A stretch of 64,000 nt of DNA from Mytilus trossulus (Eukaryota): NCBI RefSeq assembly GCF_036588685.1, contig NC_086378.1, positions 33,728,001 to 33,792,000 on the forward strand, in the 5' to 3' direction. Positions within the stretch are counted from its first letter, which is position 1. Every line of letters starts with the position of its first letter. The notes under the pieces are model-generated. The model was not told the origin of the DNA. It saw nothing but the letters and a program-made list of their open reading frames with translations, and made no database searches. Below, in pieces: positions 15,916-35,851 of the stretch. The position numbers were made by a program, and so were the translations under genes.

Positions 15916-17096
15916 TCACCACTTACATAAAGCTGGCGTTGATTGGTCCGCATATCTTAAATCTGATTGGACTGATTTGTAAGGGACTTTGACAGTTTTC
16001 AATCCATTTTTTACTGAAAAACTGCTCAACCCAAGCTGACAGTAAAAATGCCCCCTTTTTTCATTCATAATTACAGTTTCTGATCATCCCTCATAGCTCA
16101 ACAATAGTAAATTAGTGTCACGGTTTCAATATGATAAATCTGAAGAAGAAAAATAATAATAATGAAAAAAGGTCAAAATACATGCAGAAACATTAAGGAA
16201 AGGAACGAAAAATAAAAACAGGAAAAAATAAAAATAAAATGCAGTTATAACACAAACAAAGCGAAATAAAAATAAAAAAACAGAAACAAATGGAATTACA
16301 CATTCCCGACATGACATTGTGCGGATCGGCTGAGTTTCTTTATTGTTGTATTATGTCATATTTATGTATATTTAATATAAAAAAAGAAGATGTGGTATGA
16401 TTTTCATTTGGGCTGGGCACATTTGTCACATTGTCTGATTGTCGGTGTGCTTACATCAATTCCACATCTTTAATACACAAACAATAACTAAATAAAGACA
16501 GAAAGACAGAGAGAGAGATGCTGAAAAAAATGGAAAAAGGAAAAGAATGGAAAGTACATATCATATATAAAAGTGTTGACGAAAGAGATAATGTTAACAA
16601 AAACTATAAATAATTATAATAATAAAAAAAAACCACACACCTTCTCAGATGAATCTAAGCATGCTCGCATCAATAACCAAGAGAGAGAAAGAAGAGAGCA
16701 GACTAGTATTAAATATAAATACTATCAGTGGTTTTTTTTCCCCCCGACAAACATTATATGATTTAACTGAGCTACTTGTGGGTTCAAAGAGTCAGAAAGT
16801 ACGACAATAAATGTTCTGATGAAGAAGACTGAAAAAGTTACTAGACTTAGTGTTATGCTATAAGAACTGTACTTAAATGGGATGCGTTAGAGAGAGAAGA
16901 AAAGAAGAATCACGGAAGAAGGGACATTTATATTTTAGACATTTTTTATTTGTTATGTAGTAGAATATATTTTTTTCAATTATGTATGGGGAATAAAGTA
17001 TTACTAAGATGTACAACAATTTTAGACTCTTTTTGAAAAATATTGGTGGCCCTGAAAAGGGCCGTTGTTAAGTGAGTAATCCGATATATCCACTTT

Positions 17097-17480
<384 letters not shown>

Positions 17481-17750
17481 CTATTTGGTTGATCGACACT
17501 GAGTAAAGTGATACAATTTTTCTTCAAAATTTAGCTTATATACCCACTAAACGGATTGAACGATGTTTTTATTATACACCAATCAGAACGAAGCTCTCTG
17601 CGAGCAGTTAGGCTACCGAACATTCAACATGTTATGGGTGCTCTCTCCGAGGTTCGCGTTTAATAAAATCTTTCAATCCGTTTTGCCCAGTATATAAACA
17701 AATTGAAAATAATTTTTCACCATTACTTATTTGATTATCAAACCAGTAAC

Positions 17751-18125
17751 ATGCCACCCAAAGTAGGAACTAAAGGAGCCAAGAAGGCCGTCACCAAGGC
17801 AAAGACTGCCAGACCCGGCGGTGATAAGAAAAGGAGGAGGAAGAGACGTGAATCCTATGCTATCTACATCTACAAAGTCTTGAGACAAGTTCACCCCGAC
17901 ACCGGAGTGTCCTCAAAGGCAATGTCCATCATGAACAGCTTCGTCAACGATATCTTCGAGAGAATCGCAGCAGAGGCTTCCCGATTGGCACACTACAACA
18001 AAAGATCTACCATCACATCCCGGGAGATCCAGACCGCTGTCCGTCTTCTCTTACCCGGAGAATTGGCCAAGCACGCTGTCAGTGAAGGTACCAAAGCCGT
18101 CACTAAATACACCAGCAGCAAGTAA
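17751..18125 (+). CDS. H2B: Histone H2B
   Basis: Identical protein. Confidence 0.99.
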   Translation: MPPKVGTKGAKKAVTKAKTARPGGDKKRRRKRRESYAIYIYKVLRQVHPDTGVSSKAMSIMNSFVNDIFERIAAEASRLAHYNKRSTITSREIQTAVRLLLPGELAKHAVSEGTKAVTKYTSSK

Positions 18126-18975
18126 ACAGTCTGAAGTTTATAACTTCACAAACGGCCCTTTTCAGGGCCACCAACATTTTTCAAAAAGAATTTACATTTG
18201 TTGTACATCAATGTCAAACTTCTAAACAAAGCTATAAATCCCAACCCCAGCTATAACCACTTTCAAACTATTTCAATAGTATATGGTTACTTTTCTCTTC
18301 TTTCTATCTGTATAACAAATATACGTGTATTTCACTCATTCTGTAGCATTTAATTTGTCTGTCAAAACTACAAAGCGTAAATACATAAATCATGAAGAAC
18401 AAAACAGTGCTTTCATTCCAATTAATAGAGTTGATAAATTTACGATTTCTTTTGCTTTTCGAGAGAAAAAAAATATTGCGAGAATTATTTTACACGGAAA
18501 CAAGAACATTACCTAATCTTAAACCACGCAAAAAAAACCTCTATAATTGAATATAACAGAATCTACAGATTTTGTGTGTAAAAGTCCGTGCATTTTGTTT
18601 TGAAATTTTCTCTTCATGTAGGCAAATGCACGGACTTGATCTTTGAACGTATTCATAAACCTTCAGAAATATAAATTCTCAAATAAATACAAGAGTAAGA
18701 GTAAGGAAGTTAATTAAAAAGAAAGCCAGATATTTAAAAAAAAAAAGGGGGGGGGGGGGGGTATAACGAGAGAGAGAAAATAGTTGCGGATCAGGATCAG
18801 GGAAAACAAGAAAAACGGTTGAAAAATTCATGAACATTAGAGAAAAGAATAGAAGTGGGAGCAAGCTTTGATTTCAAGATTTTGTTTAAAACGATGTACA
18901 ACAAATCTAAGATTCTTTTTGAAAAATGTTGGTGGCCCTGAAAAGGGCCGTTGTTGATATTAGCTGGGTGGCTGT

Positions 18976-19293
<318 letters not shown>

Positions 19294-21010
19294 CTATTTG
19301 TGGTGATTAGTTAAATAATACTTTCCGTCTAACAGCGACTCTTTATATATCACCAACGCGGCCGTAAAAGAAGTATCACACATTTTCAGTTAACTGTTGT
19401 CTGATTGGCTTACGTTGTTTTATTCCGGGAGGTAACTCTGTACTGCCTTAAACTGTGTACACTTTCAATCCACTTTTTCATTCTAGGTCTGAAAAATATA
19501 ATAATTCATATCAGACAGTAAATTTTTAAGAAAAAACTATTATTTCAATCGGAATAAAAATGACTGAAGGAGACAAAAAAAGTTCCAAAATGTTGAAAAG
19601 TTTTCATTTTAAGATAGAATAGTATGATAAATAAATGATAAATGAAAATCACTTTAGACAGTCAAAATTATAAAGATAATTATTTGCTTTCTCTGAACAG
19701 ACATTTTCATTCAATGACAATACACATTTCAACTTAATGGAATGGAATTTAGTTGGGGAAAAAATAAACCTCACAGACATATCTAGGAATACTGGTTATC
19801 TATTTGTCTATTTGATGTATCCAGAAATTGGATACATCACAGGATTTTACATGCTTGCAGTTTTCTACCTGTCTTTCATAACTCAACATCATCTGTCAAA
19901 GCTGTGCTTGCCATCCATCAACGATCTGCTGCAGGTACTTCAGATCATAAATGGGAGAATGTATGAATAAAACTGTTACTGTTATTACTATTAAAGATTT
20001 TTTTTTCTAGGTATTACAGTGAAGAAAAGAGATGCCCCTGACTGCGGGTAAAACTTCTTATGTGTGCATCTTCCTTTCAATTTTATTTTTAAACGCCATT
20101 CTATATTTATCCACAGTATGACGATGACAATTTCATCAGCCAATCCAATAAAAATGTTAATGCGCACACATGTACTTACTATTCTGAAGACTTCTTTTAG
20201 CCAGAAAAGTTTATAATAAGTCTGAAAACCACTTTTTATCATATAAAAAAGCTTATAAGTGCAAGATATATGCTTACATGGACTTCCTACATTGAAATTT
20301 TGTGGGGACTACTTGGACCCGTACCGAAATTATATTAATTTAAATAGAAATTTCATGATTTTGTTAACTAGCAGCAAGACAAGACTCTAAAGTGGACAAA
20401 ATATATTACTACATACATGATAAAAAAATTCTTTACAATTCTGACTGAAAAAGAGCTCTAAATTTTTGATAAAAGTACCCTGTAATATCAGCTTTTCTAA
20501 AAGAAATATTCAAATTAATGAATTATACAAGATATTTAAACTCTAACTTAAAAAAAAAGGTTATATTTTGGCCAGTTGGTGGTTCTCTTTCTTTGGTCTA
20601 GACTACTGGTGTAAATAATACATCAAAAGAAGACAAGACAAAACAAGCGAAGAAAAGAAAAGAACAGAAGTACAGATAGAAACATTTATATGTTGATCTT
20701 TTTTTATATAATGTACTATTTAATATTCTACACACAAGGACATACATGTACCATGATAAACAAACACCCCCCTTTTTTTTGTGATGAGACTTGTGTGTAT
20801 ATATATATCATAAAATTTATTTTTTGTCTATGTATTGCTTTGCATATAGATGGATTCAACAAGAAGAAATAAAAGAGAGAGAGAGAGATGGGGAAAAGAG
20901 GGGTTCGGCTATGTTTCTAATTTTCATGTACAACAATTTATAGATTCTTTTTGAAAAATATTGGTGGCCCTGAAAAGGGCCGTTATGTTTTGGTGAAAAA
21001 ATCACACTTC

Positions 21011-21526
<516 letters not shown>

Positions 21527-22707
21527 TCACCACTTACATAAAGCTGGCGTTGATTGGTCCGCATATCTTAAATCTGATTGGACTGATTTGTAAGGGACTT
21601 TGACAGTTTTCAATCCATTTTTTACTGAAAAACTGCTCAACCCAAGCTGACAGTAAAAATGCCCCCTTTTTTCATTCATAATTACAGTTTCTGATCATCC
21701 CTCATAGCTCAACAATAGTAAATTAGTGTCACGGTTTCAATATGATAAATCTGAAGAAGAAAAATAATAATAATGAAAAAAGGTCAAAATACATGCAGAA
21801 ACATTAAGGAAAGGAACGAAAAATAAAAACAGGAAAAAATAAAAATAAAATGCAGTTATAACACAAACAAAGCGAAATAAAAATAAAAAAACAGAAACAA
21901 ATGGAATTACACATTCCCGACATGACATTGTGCGGATCGGCTGAGTTTCTTTATTGTTGTATTATGTCATATTTATGTATATTTAATATAAAAAAAGAAG
22001 ATGTGGTATGATTTTCATTTGGGCTGGGCACATTTGTCACATTGTCTGATTGTCGGTGTGCTTACATCAATTCCACATCTTTAATACACAAACAATAACT
22101 AAATAAAGACAGAAAGACAGAGAGAGAGATGCTGAAAAAAATGGAAAAAGGAAAAGAATGGAAAGTACATATCATATATAAAAGTGTTGACGAAAGAGAT
22201 AATGTTAACAAAAACTATAAATAATTATAATAATAAAAAAAAACCACACACCTTCTCAGATGAATCTAAGCATGCTCGCATCAATAACCAAGAGAGAGAA
22301 AGAAGAGAGCAGACTAGTATTAAATATAAATACTATCAGTGGTTTTTTTTCCCCCCGACAAACATTATATGATTTAACTGAGCTACTTGTGGGTTCAAAG
22401 AGTCAGAAAGTACGACAATAAATGTTCTGATGAAGAAGACTGAAAAAGTTACTAGACTTAGTGTTATGCTATAAGAACTGTACTTAAATGGGATGCGTTA
22501 GAGAGAGAAGAAAAGAAGAATCACGGAAGAAGGGACATTTATATTTTAGACATTTTTTATTTGTTATGTAGTAGAATATATTTTTTTCAATTATGTATGG
22601 GGAATAAAGTATTACTAAGATGTACAACAATTTTAGACTCTTTTTGAAAAATATTGGTGGCCCTGAAAAGGGCCGTTGTTAAGTGAGTAATCCGATATAT
22701 CCACTTT

Positions 22708-23091
<384 letters not shown>

Positions 23092-23361
23092 CTATTTGGT
23101 TGATCGACACTGAGTAAAGTGATACAATTTTTCTTCAAAATTTAGCTTATATACCCACTAAACGGATTGAACGATGTTTTTATTATACACCAATCAGAAC
23201 GAAGCTCTCTGCGAGCAGTTAGGCTACCGAACATTCAACATGTTATGGGTGCTCTCTCCGAGGTTCGCGTTTAATAAAATCTTTCAATCCGTTTTGCCCA
23301 GTATATAAACAAATTGAAAATAATTTTTCACCATTACTTATTTGATTATCAAACCAGTAAC

Positions 23362-23736
23362 ATGCCACCCAAAGTAGGAACTAAAGGAGCCAAGAAGGCC
23401 GTCACCAAGGCAAAGACTGCCAGACCCGGCGGTGATAAGAAAAGGAGGAGGAAGAGACGTGAATCCTATGCTATCTACATCTACAAAGTCTTGAGACAAG
23501 TTCACCCCGACACCGGAGTGTCCTCAAAGGCAATGTCCATCATGAACAGCTTCGTCAACGATATCTTCGAGAGAATCGCAGCAGAGGCTTCCCGATTGGC
23601 ACACTACAACAAAAGATCTACCATCACATCCCGGGAGATCCAGACCGCTGTCCGTCTTCTCTTACCCGGAGAATTGGCCAAGCACGCTGTCAGTGAAGGT
23701 ACCAAAGCCGTCACTAAATACACCAGCAGCAAGTAA
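23362..23736 (+). CDS. H2B: Histone H2B
   Basis: Identical protein. Confidence 0.99.
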   Translation: MPPKVGTKGAKKAVTKAKTARPGGDKKRRRKRRESYAIYIYKVLRQVHPDTGVSSKAMSIMNSFVNDIFERIAAEASRLAHYNKRSTITSREIQTAVRLLLPGELAKHAVSEGTKAVTKYTSSK

Positions 23737-24588
23737 ACAGTCTGAAGTTTATAACTTCACAAACGGCCCTTTTCAGGGCCACCAACATTTTTCAAAAAGA
23801 ATTTACATTTGTTGTACATCAATGTCAAACTTCTAAACAAAGCTATAAATCCCAACCCCAGCTATAACCACTTTCAAACTATTTCAATAGTATATGGTTA
23901 CTTTTCTCTTCTTTCTATCTGTATAACAAATATACGTGTATTTCACTCATTCTGTAGCATTTAATTTGTCTGTCAAAACTACAAAGCGTAAATACATAAA
24001 TCATGAAGAACAAAACAGTGCTTTCATTCCAATTAATAGAGTTGATAAATTTACGATTTCTTTTGCTTTTCGAGAGAAAAAAAATATTGCGAGAATTATT
24101 TTACACGGAAACAAGAACATTACCTAATCTTAAACCACGCAAAAAAAACCTCTATAATTGAATATAACAGAATCTACAGATTTTGTGTGTAAAAGTCCGT
24201 GCATTTTGTTTTGAAATTTTCTCTCTTCATGTAGGCAAATGCACGGACTTGATCTTTGAACGTATTCATAAACCTTCAGAAATATAAATTCTCAAATAAA
24301 TACAAGAGTAAGAGTAAGGAAGTTAATTAAAAAGAAAGCCAGATATTTAAAAAAAAAAAGGGGGGGGGGGGGGGTATAACGAGAGAGAGAAAATAGTTGC
24401 GGATCAGGATCAGGGAAAACAAGAAAAACGGTTGAAAAATTCATGAACATTAGAGAAAAGAATAGAAGTGGGAGCAAGCTTTGATTTCAAGATTTTGTTT
24501 AAAACGATGTACAACAAATCTAAGATTCTTTTTGAAAAATGTTGGTGGCCCTGAAAAGGGCCGTTGTTGATATTAGCTGGGTGGCTGT

Positions 24589-24906
<318 letters not shown>

Positions 24907-26624
24907 CTATTTGTGGTGATTAGTTAAATAATACTTTCCGTCTAACAGCGACTCTTTATATATCACCAACGCGGCCGTAAAAGAAGTATCACACATTTTC
25001 AGTTAACTGTTGTCTGATTGGCTTACGTTGTTTTATTCCGGGAGGTAACTCTGTACTGCCTTAAACTGTGTACACTTTCAATCCACTTTTTCATTCTAGG
25101 TCTGAAAAATATAATAATTCATATCAGACAGTAAATTTTTAAGAAAAAACTATTATTTCAATCGGAATAAAAATGACTGAAGGAGACAAAAAAAGTTCCA
25201 AAATGTTGAAAAGTTTTCATTTTAAGATAGAATAGTATGATAAATAAATGATAAATGAAAATCACTTTAGACAGTCAAAATTATAAAGATAATTATTTGC
25301 TTTCTCTGAACAGACATTTTCATTCAATGACAATACACATTTCAACTTAATGGAATGGAATTTAGTTGGGGAAAAAATAAACCTCACAGACATATCTAGG
25401 AATACTGGTTATCTATTTGTCTATTTGATGTATCCAGAAATTGGATACATCACAGGATTTTACATGCTTGCAGTTTTCTACCTGTCTTTCATAACTCAAC
25501 ATCATCTGTCAAAGCTGTGCTTGCCATCCATCAACGATCTGCTGCAGGTACTTCAGATCATAAATGGGAGAATGTATGAATAAAACTGTTACTGTTATTA
25601 CTATTAAAGATTTTTTTTTCTAGGTATTACAGTGAAGAAAAGAGATGCCCCTGACTGCGGGTAAAACTTCTTATGTGTGCATCTTCCTTTCAATTTTATT
25701 TTTAAACGCCATTCTATATTTATCCACAGTATGACGATGACAATTTCATCAGCCAATCCAATAAAAATGTTAATGCGCACACATGTACTTACTATTCTGA
25801 AGACTTCTTTTAGCCAGAAAAGTTTATAATAAGTCTGAAAACCACTTTTTATCATATAAAAAAGCTTATAAGTGCAAGATATATGCTTACATGGACTTCC
25901 TACATTGAAATTTTGTGGGGACTACTTGGACCCGTACCGAAATTATATTAATTTAAATAGAAATTTCATGATTTTGTTAACTAGCAGCAAGACAAGACTC
26001 TAAAGTGGACAAAATATATTACTACATACATGATAAAAAAATTCTTTACAATTCTGACTGAAAAAGAGCTCTAAATTTTTGATAAAAGTACCCTGTAATA
26101 TCAGCTTTTCTAAAAGAAATATTCAAATTAATGAATTATACAAGATATTTAAACTCTAACTTAAAAAAAAAAGGTTATATTTTGGCCAGTTGGTGGTTCT
26201 CTTTCTTTGGTCTAGACTACTGGTGTAAATAATACATCAAAAGAAGACAAGACAAAACAAGCGAAGAAAAGAAAAGAACAGAAGTACAGATAGAAACATT
26301 TATATGTTGATCTTTTTTTATATAATGTACTATTTAATATTCTACACACAAGGACATACATGTACCATGATAAACAAACACCCCCCTTTTTTTTGTGATG
26401 AGACTTGTGTGTATATATATATCATAAAATTTATTTTTTGTCTATGTATTGCTTTGCATATAGATGGATTCAACAAGAAGAAATAAAAGAGAGAGAGAGA
26501 GATGGGGAAAAGAGGGGTTCGGCTATGTTTCTAATTTTCATGTACAACAATTTATAGATTCTTTTTGAAAAATATTGGTGGCCCTGAAAAGGGCCGTTAT
26601 GTTTTGGTGAAAAAATCACACTTC

Positions 26625-27038
<414 letters not shown>

Positions 27039-28322
27039 TTATTAGCTCTGTGGACGATTTGCTACAGAAAGAATACTTGAAAATTTCGGTGAATGTGTTT
27101 TTGTGCTTGCCGGGAGGATTGAAATCACGGTGACGATTGGATCACCACTTACATAAAGCTGGCGTTGATTGGTCCGCATATCTTAAATCTGATTGGACTG
27201 ATTTGTAAGGGACTTTGACAGTTTTCAATCCATTTTTTACTGAAAAACTGCTCAACCCAAGCTGACAGTAAAAATGCCCCCTTTTTTCATTCATAATTAC
27301 AGTTTCTGATCATCCCTCATAGCTCAACAATAGTAAATTAGTGTCACGGTTTCAATATGATAAATCTGAAGAAGAAAAATAATAATAATGAAAAAAGGTC
27401 AAAATACATGCAGAAACATTAAGGAAAGGAACGAAAAATAAAAACAGGAAAAAATAAAAATAAAATGCAGTTATAACACAAACAAAGCGAAATAAAAATA
27501 AAAAAACAGAAACAAATGGAATTACACATTCCCGACATGACATTGTGCGGATCGGCTGAGTTTCTTTATTGTTGTATTATGTCATATTTATGTATATTTA
27601 ATATAAAAAAAGAAGATGTGGTATGATTTTCATTTGGGCTGGGCACATTTGTCACATTGTCTGATTGTCGGTGTGCTTACATCAATTCCACATCTTTAAT
27701 ACACAAACAATAACTAAATAAAGACAGAAAGACAGAGAGAGAGATGCTGAAAAAAATGGAAAAAGGAAAAGAATGGAAAGTACATATCATATATAAAAGT
27801 GTTGACGAAAGAGATAATGTTAACAAAAACTATAAATAATTATAATAATAAAAAAAAACCACACACCTTCTCAGATGAATCTAAGCATGCTCGCATCAAT
27901 AACCAAGAGAGAGAAAGAAGAGAGCAGACTAGTATTAAATATAAATACTATCAGTGGTTTTTTTTCCCCCCGACAAACATTATATGATTTAACTGAGCTA
28001 CTTGTGGGTTCAAAGAGTCAGAAAGTACGACAATAAATGTTCTGATGAAGAAGACTGAAAAAGTTACTAGACTTAGTGTTATGCTATAAGAACTGTACTT
28101 AAATGGGATGCGTTAGAGAGAGAAGAAAAGAAGAATCACGGAAGAAGGGACATTTATATTTTAGACATTTTTTATTTGTTATGTAGTAGAATATATTTTT
28201 TTCAATTATGTATGGGGAATAAAGTATTACTAAGATGTACAACAATTTTAGACTCTTTTTGAAAAATATTGGTGGCCCTGAAAAGGGCCGTTGTTAAGTG
28301 AGTAATCCGATATATCCACTTT

Positions 28323-28706
<384 letters not shown>

Positions 28707-28976
28707 CTATTTGGTTGATCGACACTGAGTAAAGTGATACAATTTTTCTTCAAAATTTAGCTTATATACCCACTAAACGGATTGAACGATGTTTTTATTA
28801 TACACCAATCAGAACGAAGCTCTCTGCGAGCAGTTAGGCTACCGAACATTCAACATGTTATGGGTGCTCTCTCCGAGGTTCGCGTTTAATAAAATCTTTC
28901 AATCCGTTTTGCCCAGTATATAAACAAATTGAAAATAATTTTTCACCATTACTTATTTGATTATCAAACCAGTAAC

Positions 28977-29351
28977 ATGCCACCCAAAGTAGGAACTAAA
29001 GGAGCCAAGAAGGCCGTCACCAAGGCAAAGACTGCCAGACCCGGCGGTGATAAGAAAAGGAGGAGGAAGAGACGTGAATCCTATGCTATCTACATCTACA
29101 AAGTCTTGAGACAAGTTCACCCCGACACCGGAGTGTCCTCAAAGGCAATGTCCATCATGAACAGCTTCGTCAACGATATCTTCGAGAGAATCGCAGCAGA
29201 GGCTTCCCGATTGGCACACTACAACAAAAGATCTACCATCACATCCCGGGAGATCCAGACCGCTGTCCGTCTTCTCTTACCCGGAGAATTGGCCAAGCAC
29301 GCTGTCAGTGAAGGTACCAAAGCCGTCACTAAATACACCAGCAGCAAGTAA
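28977..29351 (+). CDS. H2B: Histone H2B
   Basis: Identical protein. Confidence 0.99.
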   Translation: MPPKVGTKGAKKAVTKAKTARPGGDKKRRRKRRESYAIYIYKVLRQVHPDTGVSSKAMSIMNSFVNDIFERIAAEASRLAHYNKRSTITSREIQTAVRLLLPGELAKHAVSEGTKAVTKYTSSK

Positions 29352-30203
29352 ACAGTCTGAAGTTTATAACTTCACAAACGGCCCTTTTCAGGGCCACCAA
29401 CATTTTTCAAAAAGAATTTACATTTGTTGTACATCAATGTCAAACTTCTAAACAAAGCTATAAATCCCAACCCCAGCTATAACCACTTTCAAACTATTTC
29501 AATAGTATATGGTTACTTTTCTCTTCTTTCTATCTGTATAACAAATATACGTGTATTTCACTCATTCTGTAGCATTTAATTTGTCTGTCAAAACTACAAA
29601 GCGTAAATACATAAATCATGAAGAACAAAACAGTGCTTTCATTCCAATTAATAGAGTTGATAAATTTACGATTTCTTTTGCTTTTCGAGAGAAAAAAAAT
29701 ATTGCGAGAATTATTTTACACGGAAACAAGAACATTACCTAATCTTAAACCACGCAAAAAAAACCTCTATAATTGAATATAACAGAATCTACAGATTTTG
29801 TGTGTAAAAGTCCGTGCATTTTGTTTTGAAATTTTCTCTCTTCATGTAGGCAAATGCACGGACTTGATCTTTGAACGTATTCATAAACCTTCAGAAATAT
29901 AAATTCTCAAATAAATACAAGAGTAAGAGTAAGGAAGTTAATTAAAAAGAAAGCCAGATATTTAAAAAAAAAAAGGGGGGGGGGGGGGGTATAACGAGAG
30001 AGAGAAAATAGTTGCGGATCAGGATCAGGGAAAACAAGAAAAACGGTTGAAAAATTCATGAACATTAGAGAAAAGAATAGAAGTGGGAGCAAGCTTTGAT
30101 TTCAAGATTTTGTTTAAAACGATGTACAACAAATCTAAGATTCTTTTTGAAAAATGTTGGTGGCCCTGAAAAGGGCCGTTGTTGATATTAGCTGGGTGGC
30201 TGT

Positions 30204-30521
<318 letters not shown>

Positions 30522-31200
30522 CTATTTGTGGTGATTAGTTAAATAATACTTTCCGTCTAACAGCGACTCTTTATATATCACCACACGCGGCCGTAAAAGA
30601 AGTATCACACATTTTCAGTTAACTGTTGTCTGATTGGCTTACGTTGTTTTATTCCGGGAGGTAACTCTGTACTGCCTTAAACTGTGTACACTTTCAATCC
30701 ACTTTTTCATTCTAGGTCTGAAAAATATAATAATTCATATCAGACAGTAAATTTTTAAGAAAAAACTATTATTTCAATCGGAATAAAAATGACTGAAGGA
30801 GACAAAAAAAGTTCCAAAATGTTGAAAAGTTTTCATTTTAAGATAGAATAGTATGATAAATAAATGATAAATGAAAATCACTTTAGACAGTCAAAATTAT
30901 AAAGATAATTATTTGCTTTCTCTGAACAGACATTTTCATTCAATGACAATACACATTTCAACTTAATGGAATGGAATTTAGTTGGGGAAAAAATAAACCT
31001 CACAGACATATCTAGGAATACTGGTTATCTATTTGTCTATTTGATGTATCCAGAAATTGGATACATCACAGGATTTTACATGCTTGCAGTTTTCTACCTG
31101 TCTTTCATAACTCAACATCATCTGTCAAAGCTGTGCTTGCCATCCATCAACGATCTGCTGCAGGTACTTCAGATCATAAATGGGAGAATGTATGAATAAA

Positions 31201-31300
31201 NNNNNNNNNNNNNNNNNNNNNNNNNNNNNNNNNNNNNNNNNNNNNNNNNNNNNNNNNNNNNNNNNNNNNNNNNNNNNNNNNNNNNNNNNNNNNNNNNNNN
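31201..31300. other. Assembly gap (100 N placeholder)
   Basis: Exactly 100 N; unit phase jumps from about 3136 to about 131. Confidence 0.99.
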
Positions 31301-31428
31301 ATTTTTTTCAATTATGTATGGGGAATAAAGTATTACTAAGATGTACAACAATTTTAGACTCTTTTTGAAAAATATTGGTGGCCCTGAAAAGGGCCGTTGT
31401 TAAGTGAGTAATCCGATATATCCACTTT

Positions 31429-31804
<376 letters not shown>

Positions 31805-32080
31805 TTTGTACTATTTGGTTGATCGACACTGAGTAAAGTGATACAATTTTTCTTCAAAATTTAGCTTATATACCCACTAAACGGATTGAACGATGTTTTT
31901 ATTATACACCAATCAGAACGAAGCTCTCTGCGAGCAGTTAGGCTACCGAACATTCAACATGTTATGGGTGCTCTCTCCGAGGTTCGCGTTTAATAAAATC
32001 TTTCAATCCGTTTTGCCCAGTATATAAACAAATTGAAAATAATTTTTCACCATTACTTATTTGATTATCAAACCAGTAAC

Positions 32081-32455
32081 ATGCCACCCAAAGTAGGAAC
32101 TAAAGGAGCCAAGAAGGCCGTCACCAAGGCAAAGACTGCCAGACCCGGCGGTGATAAGAAAAGGAGGAGGAAGAGACGTGAATCCTATGCTATCTACATC
32201 TACAAAGTCTTGAGACAAGTTCACCCCGACACCGGAGTGTCCTCAAAGGCAATGTCCATCATGAACAGCTTCGTCAACGATATCTTCGAGAGAATCGCAG
32301 CAGAGGCTTCCCGATTGGCACACTACAACAAAAGATCTACCATCACATCCCGGGAGATCCAGACCGCTGTCCGTCTTCTCTTACCCGGAGAATTGGCCAA
32401 GCACGCTGTCAGTGAAGGTACCAAAGCCGTCACTAAATACACCAGCAGCAAGTAA
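32081..32455 (+). CDS. H2B: Histone H2B
   Basis: Identical protein. Confidence 0.99.
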   Translation: MPPKVGTKGAKKAVTKAKTARPGGDKKRRRKRRESYAIYIYKVLRQVHPDTGVSSKAMSIMNSFVNDIFERIAAEASRLAHYNKRSTITSREIQTAVRLLLPGELAKHAVSEGTKAVTKYTSSK

Positions 32456-33300
32456 ACAGTCTGAAGTTTATAACTTCACAAACGGCCCTTTTCAGGGCCA
32501 CCAACATTTTTTCAAAAAGAATTTACATTTGTTGTACATCAATGTCAAACTTCTAACAAAGCTATAAATCCCAACCCCAGCTATAACCACTTTCAAACTA
32601 TTTATATGGTTACTTTTCTCTTCTTTCTATCTGTATAACAAATATACGTGTATTTCACTCATTCTGTAGCATTTAATTTGTCTGTCAAAACTACAAAGCG
32701 TAAATACATAAATCATGAAGAACAAAACAGTGCTTTCATTCCAATTAATAGAGTTGATAAATTTACGATTTCTTTTGCTTTTCGAGAGAAAAAAAATATT
32801 GCGAGAATTATTTTACACGGAAACAAGAACATTACCTAATCTTAAACCACGCAAAAAAAACCTCTATAATTGAATATAACAGAATCTACAGATTTTGTGT
32901 GTAAAAGTCCGTGCATTTTGTTTTGAAATTTTCTCTCTTCATGTAGGCAAATGCACGGACTTGATCTTTGAACGTATTCATAAACCTTCAGAAATATAAA
33001 TTCTCAAATAAATACAAGAGTAAGAGTAAGGAAGTTAATTAAAAAGAAAGCCAGATATTTAAAAAAAAAAAGGGGGGGGGGGGGGGTATAACGAGAGAGA
33101 GAAAATAGTTGCGGATCAGGATCAGGGAAAACAAGAAAAACGGTTGAAAAATTCATGAACATTAGAGAAAAGAATAGAAGTGGGAGCAAGCTTTGATTTC
33201 AAGATTTTGTTTAAAACGATGTACAACAAATCTAAGATTCTTTTTGAAAAATGTTGGTGGCCCTGAAAAGGGCCGTTGTTGATATTAGCTGGGTGGCTGT

Positions 33301-33618
<318 letters not shown>

Positions 33619-35335
33619 CTATTTGTGGTGATTAGTTAAATAATACTTTCCGTCTAACAGCGACTCTTTATATATCACCAACGCGGCCGTAAAAGAAGTA
33701 TCACACATTTTCAGTTAACTGTTGTCTGATTGGCTTACGTTGTTTTATTCCGGGAGGTAACTCTGTACTGCCTTAAACTGTGTACACTTTCAATCCACTT
33801 TTTCATTCTAGGTCTGAAAAATATAATAATTCATATCAGACAGTAAATTTTTAAGAAAAAACTATTATTTCAATCGGAATAAAAATGACTGAAGGAGACA
33901 AAAAAAGTTCCAAAATGTTGAAAAGTTTTCATTTTAAGATAGAATAGTATGATAAATAAATGATAAATGAAAATCACTTTAGACAGTCAAAATTATAAAG
34001 ATAATTATTTGCTTTCTCTGAACAGACATTTTCATTCAATGACAATACACATTTCAACTTAATGGAATGGAATTTAGTTGGGGAAAAAATAAACCTCACA
34101 GACATATCTAGGAATACTGGTTATCTATTTGTCTATTTGATGTATCCAGAAATTGGATACATCACAGGATTTTACATGCTTGCAGTTTTCTACCTGTCTT
34201 TCATAACTCAACATCATCTGTCAAAGCTGTGCTTGCCATCCATCAACGATCTGCTGCAGGTACTTCAGATCATAAATGGGAGAATGTATGAATAAAACTG
34301 TTACTGTTATTACTATTAAAGATTTTTTTTTCTAGGTATTACAGTGAAGAAAAGAGATGCCCCTGACTGCGGGTAAAACTTCTTATGTGTGCATCTTCCT
34401 TTCAATTTTATTTTTAAACGCCATTCTATATTTATCCACAGTATGACGATGACAATTTCATCAGCCAATCCAATAAAAATGTTAATGCGCACACATGTAC
34501 TTACTATTCTGAAGACTTCTTTTAGCCAGAAAAGTTTATAATAAGTCTGAAAACCACTTTTTATCATATAAAAAAGCTTATAAGTGCAAGATATATGCTT
34601 ACATGGACTTCCTACATTGAAATTTTGTGGGGACTACTTGGACCCGTACCGAAATTATATTAATTTAAATAGAAATTTCATGATTTTGTTAACTAGCAGC
34701 AAGACAAGACTCTAAAGTGGACAAAATATATTACTACATACATGATAAAAAAATTCTTTACAATTCTGACTGAAAAAGAGCTCTAAATTTTTGATAAAAG
34801 TACCCTGTAATATCAGCTTTTCTAAAAGAAATATTCAAATTAATGAATTATACAAGATATTTAAACTCTAACTTAAAAAAAAAGGTTATATTTTGGCCAG
34901 TTGGTGGTTCTCTTTCTTTGGTCTAGACTACTGGTGTAAATAATACATCAAAAGAAGACAAGACAAAACAAGCGAAGAAAAGAAAAGAACAGAAGTACAG
35001 ATAGAAACATTTATATGTTGATCTTTTTTTATATAATGTACTATTTAATATTCTACACACAAGGACATACATGTACCATGATAAACAAACACCCCCCTTT
35101 TTTTTGTGATGAGACTTGTGTGTATATATATATCATAAAATTTATTTTTTGTCTATGTATTGCTTTGCATATAGATGGATTCAACAAGAAGAAATAAAAG
35201 AGAGAGAGAGAGATGGGGAAAAGAGGGGTTCGGCTATGTTTCTAATTTTCATGTACAACAATTTATAGATTCTTTTTGAAAAATATTGGTGGCCCTGAAA
35301 AGGGCCGTTATGTTTTGGTGAAAAAATCACACTTC

Positions 35336-35851
<516 letters not shown>

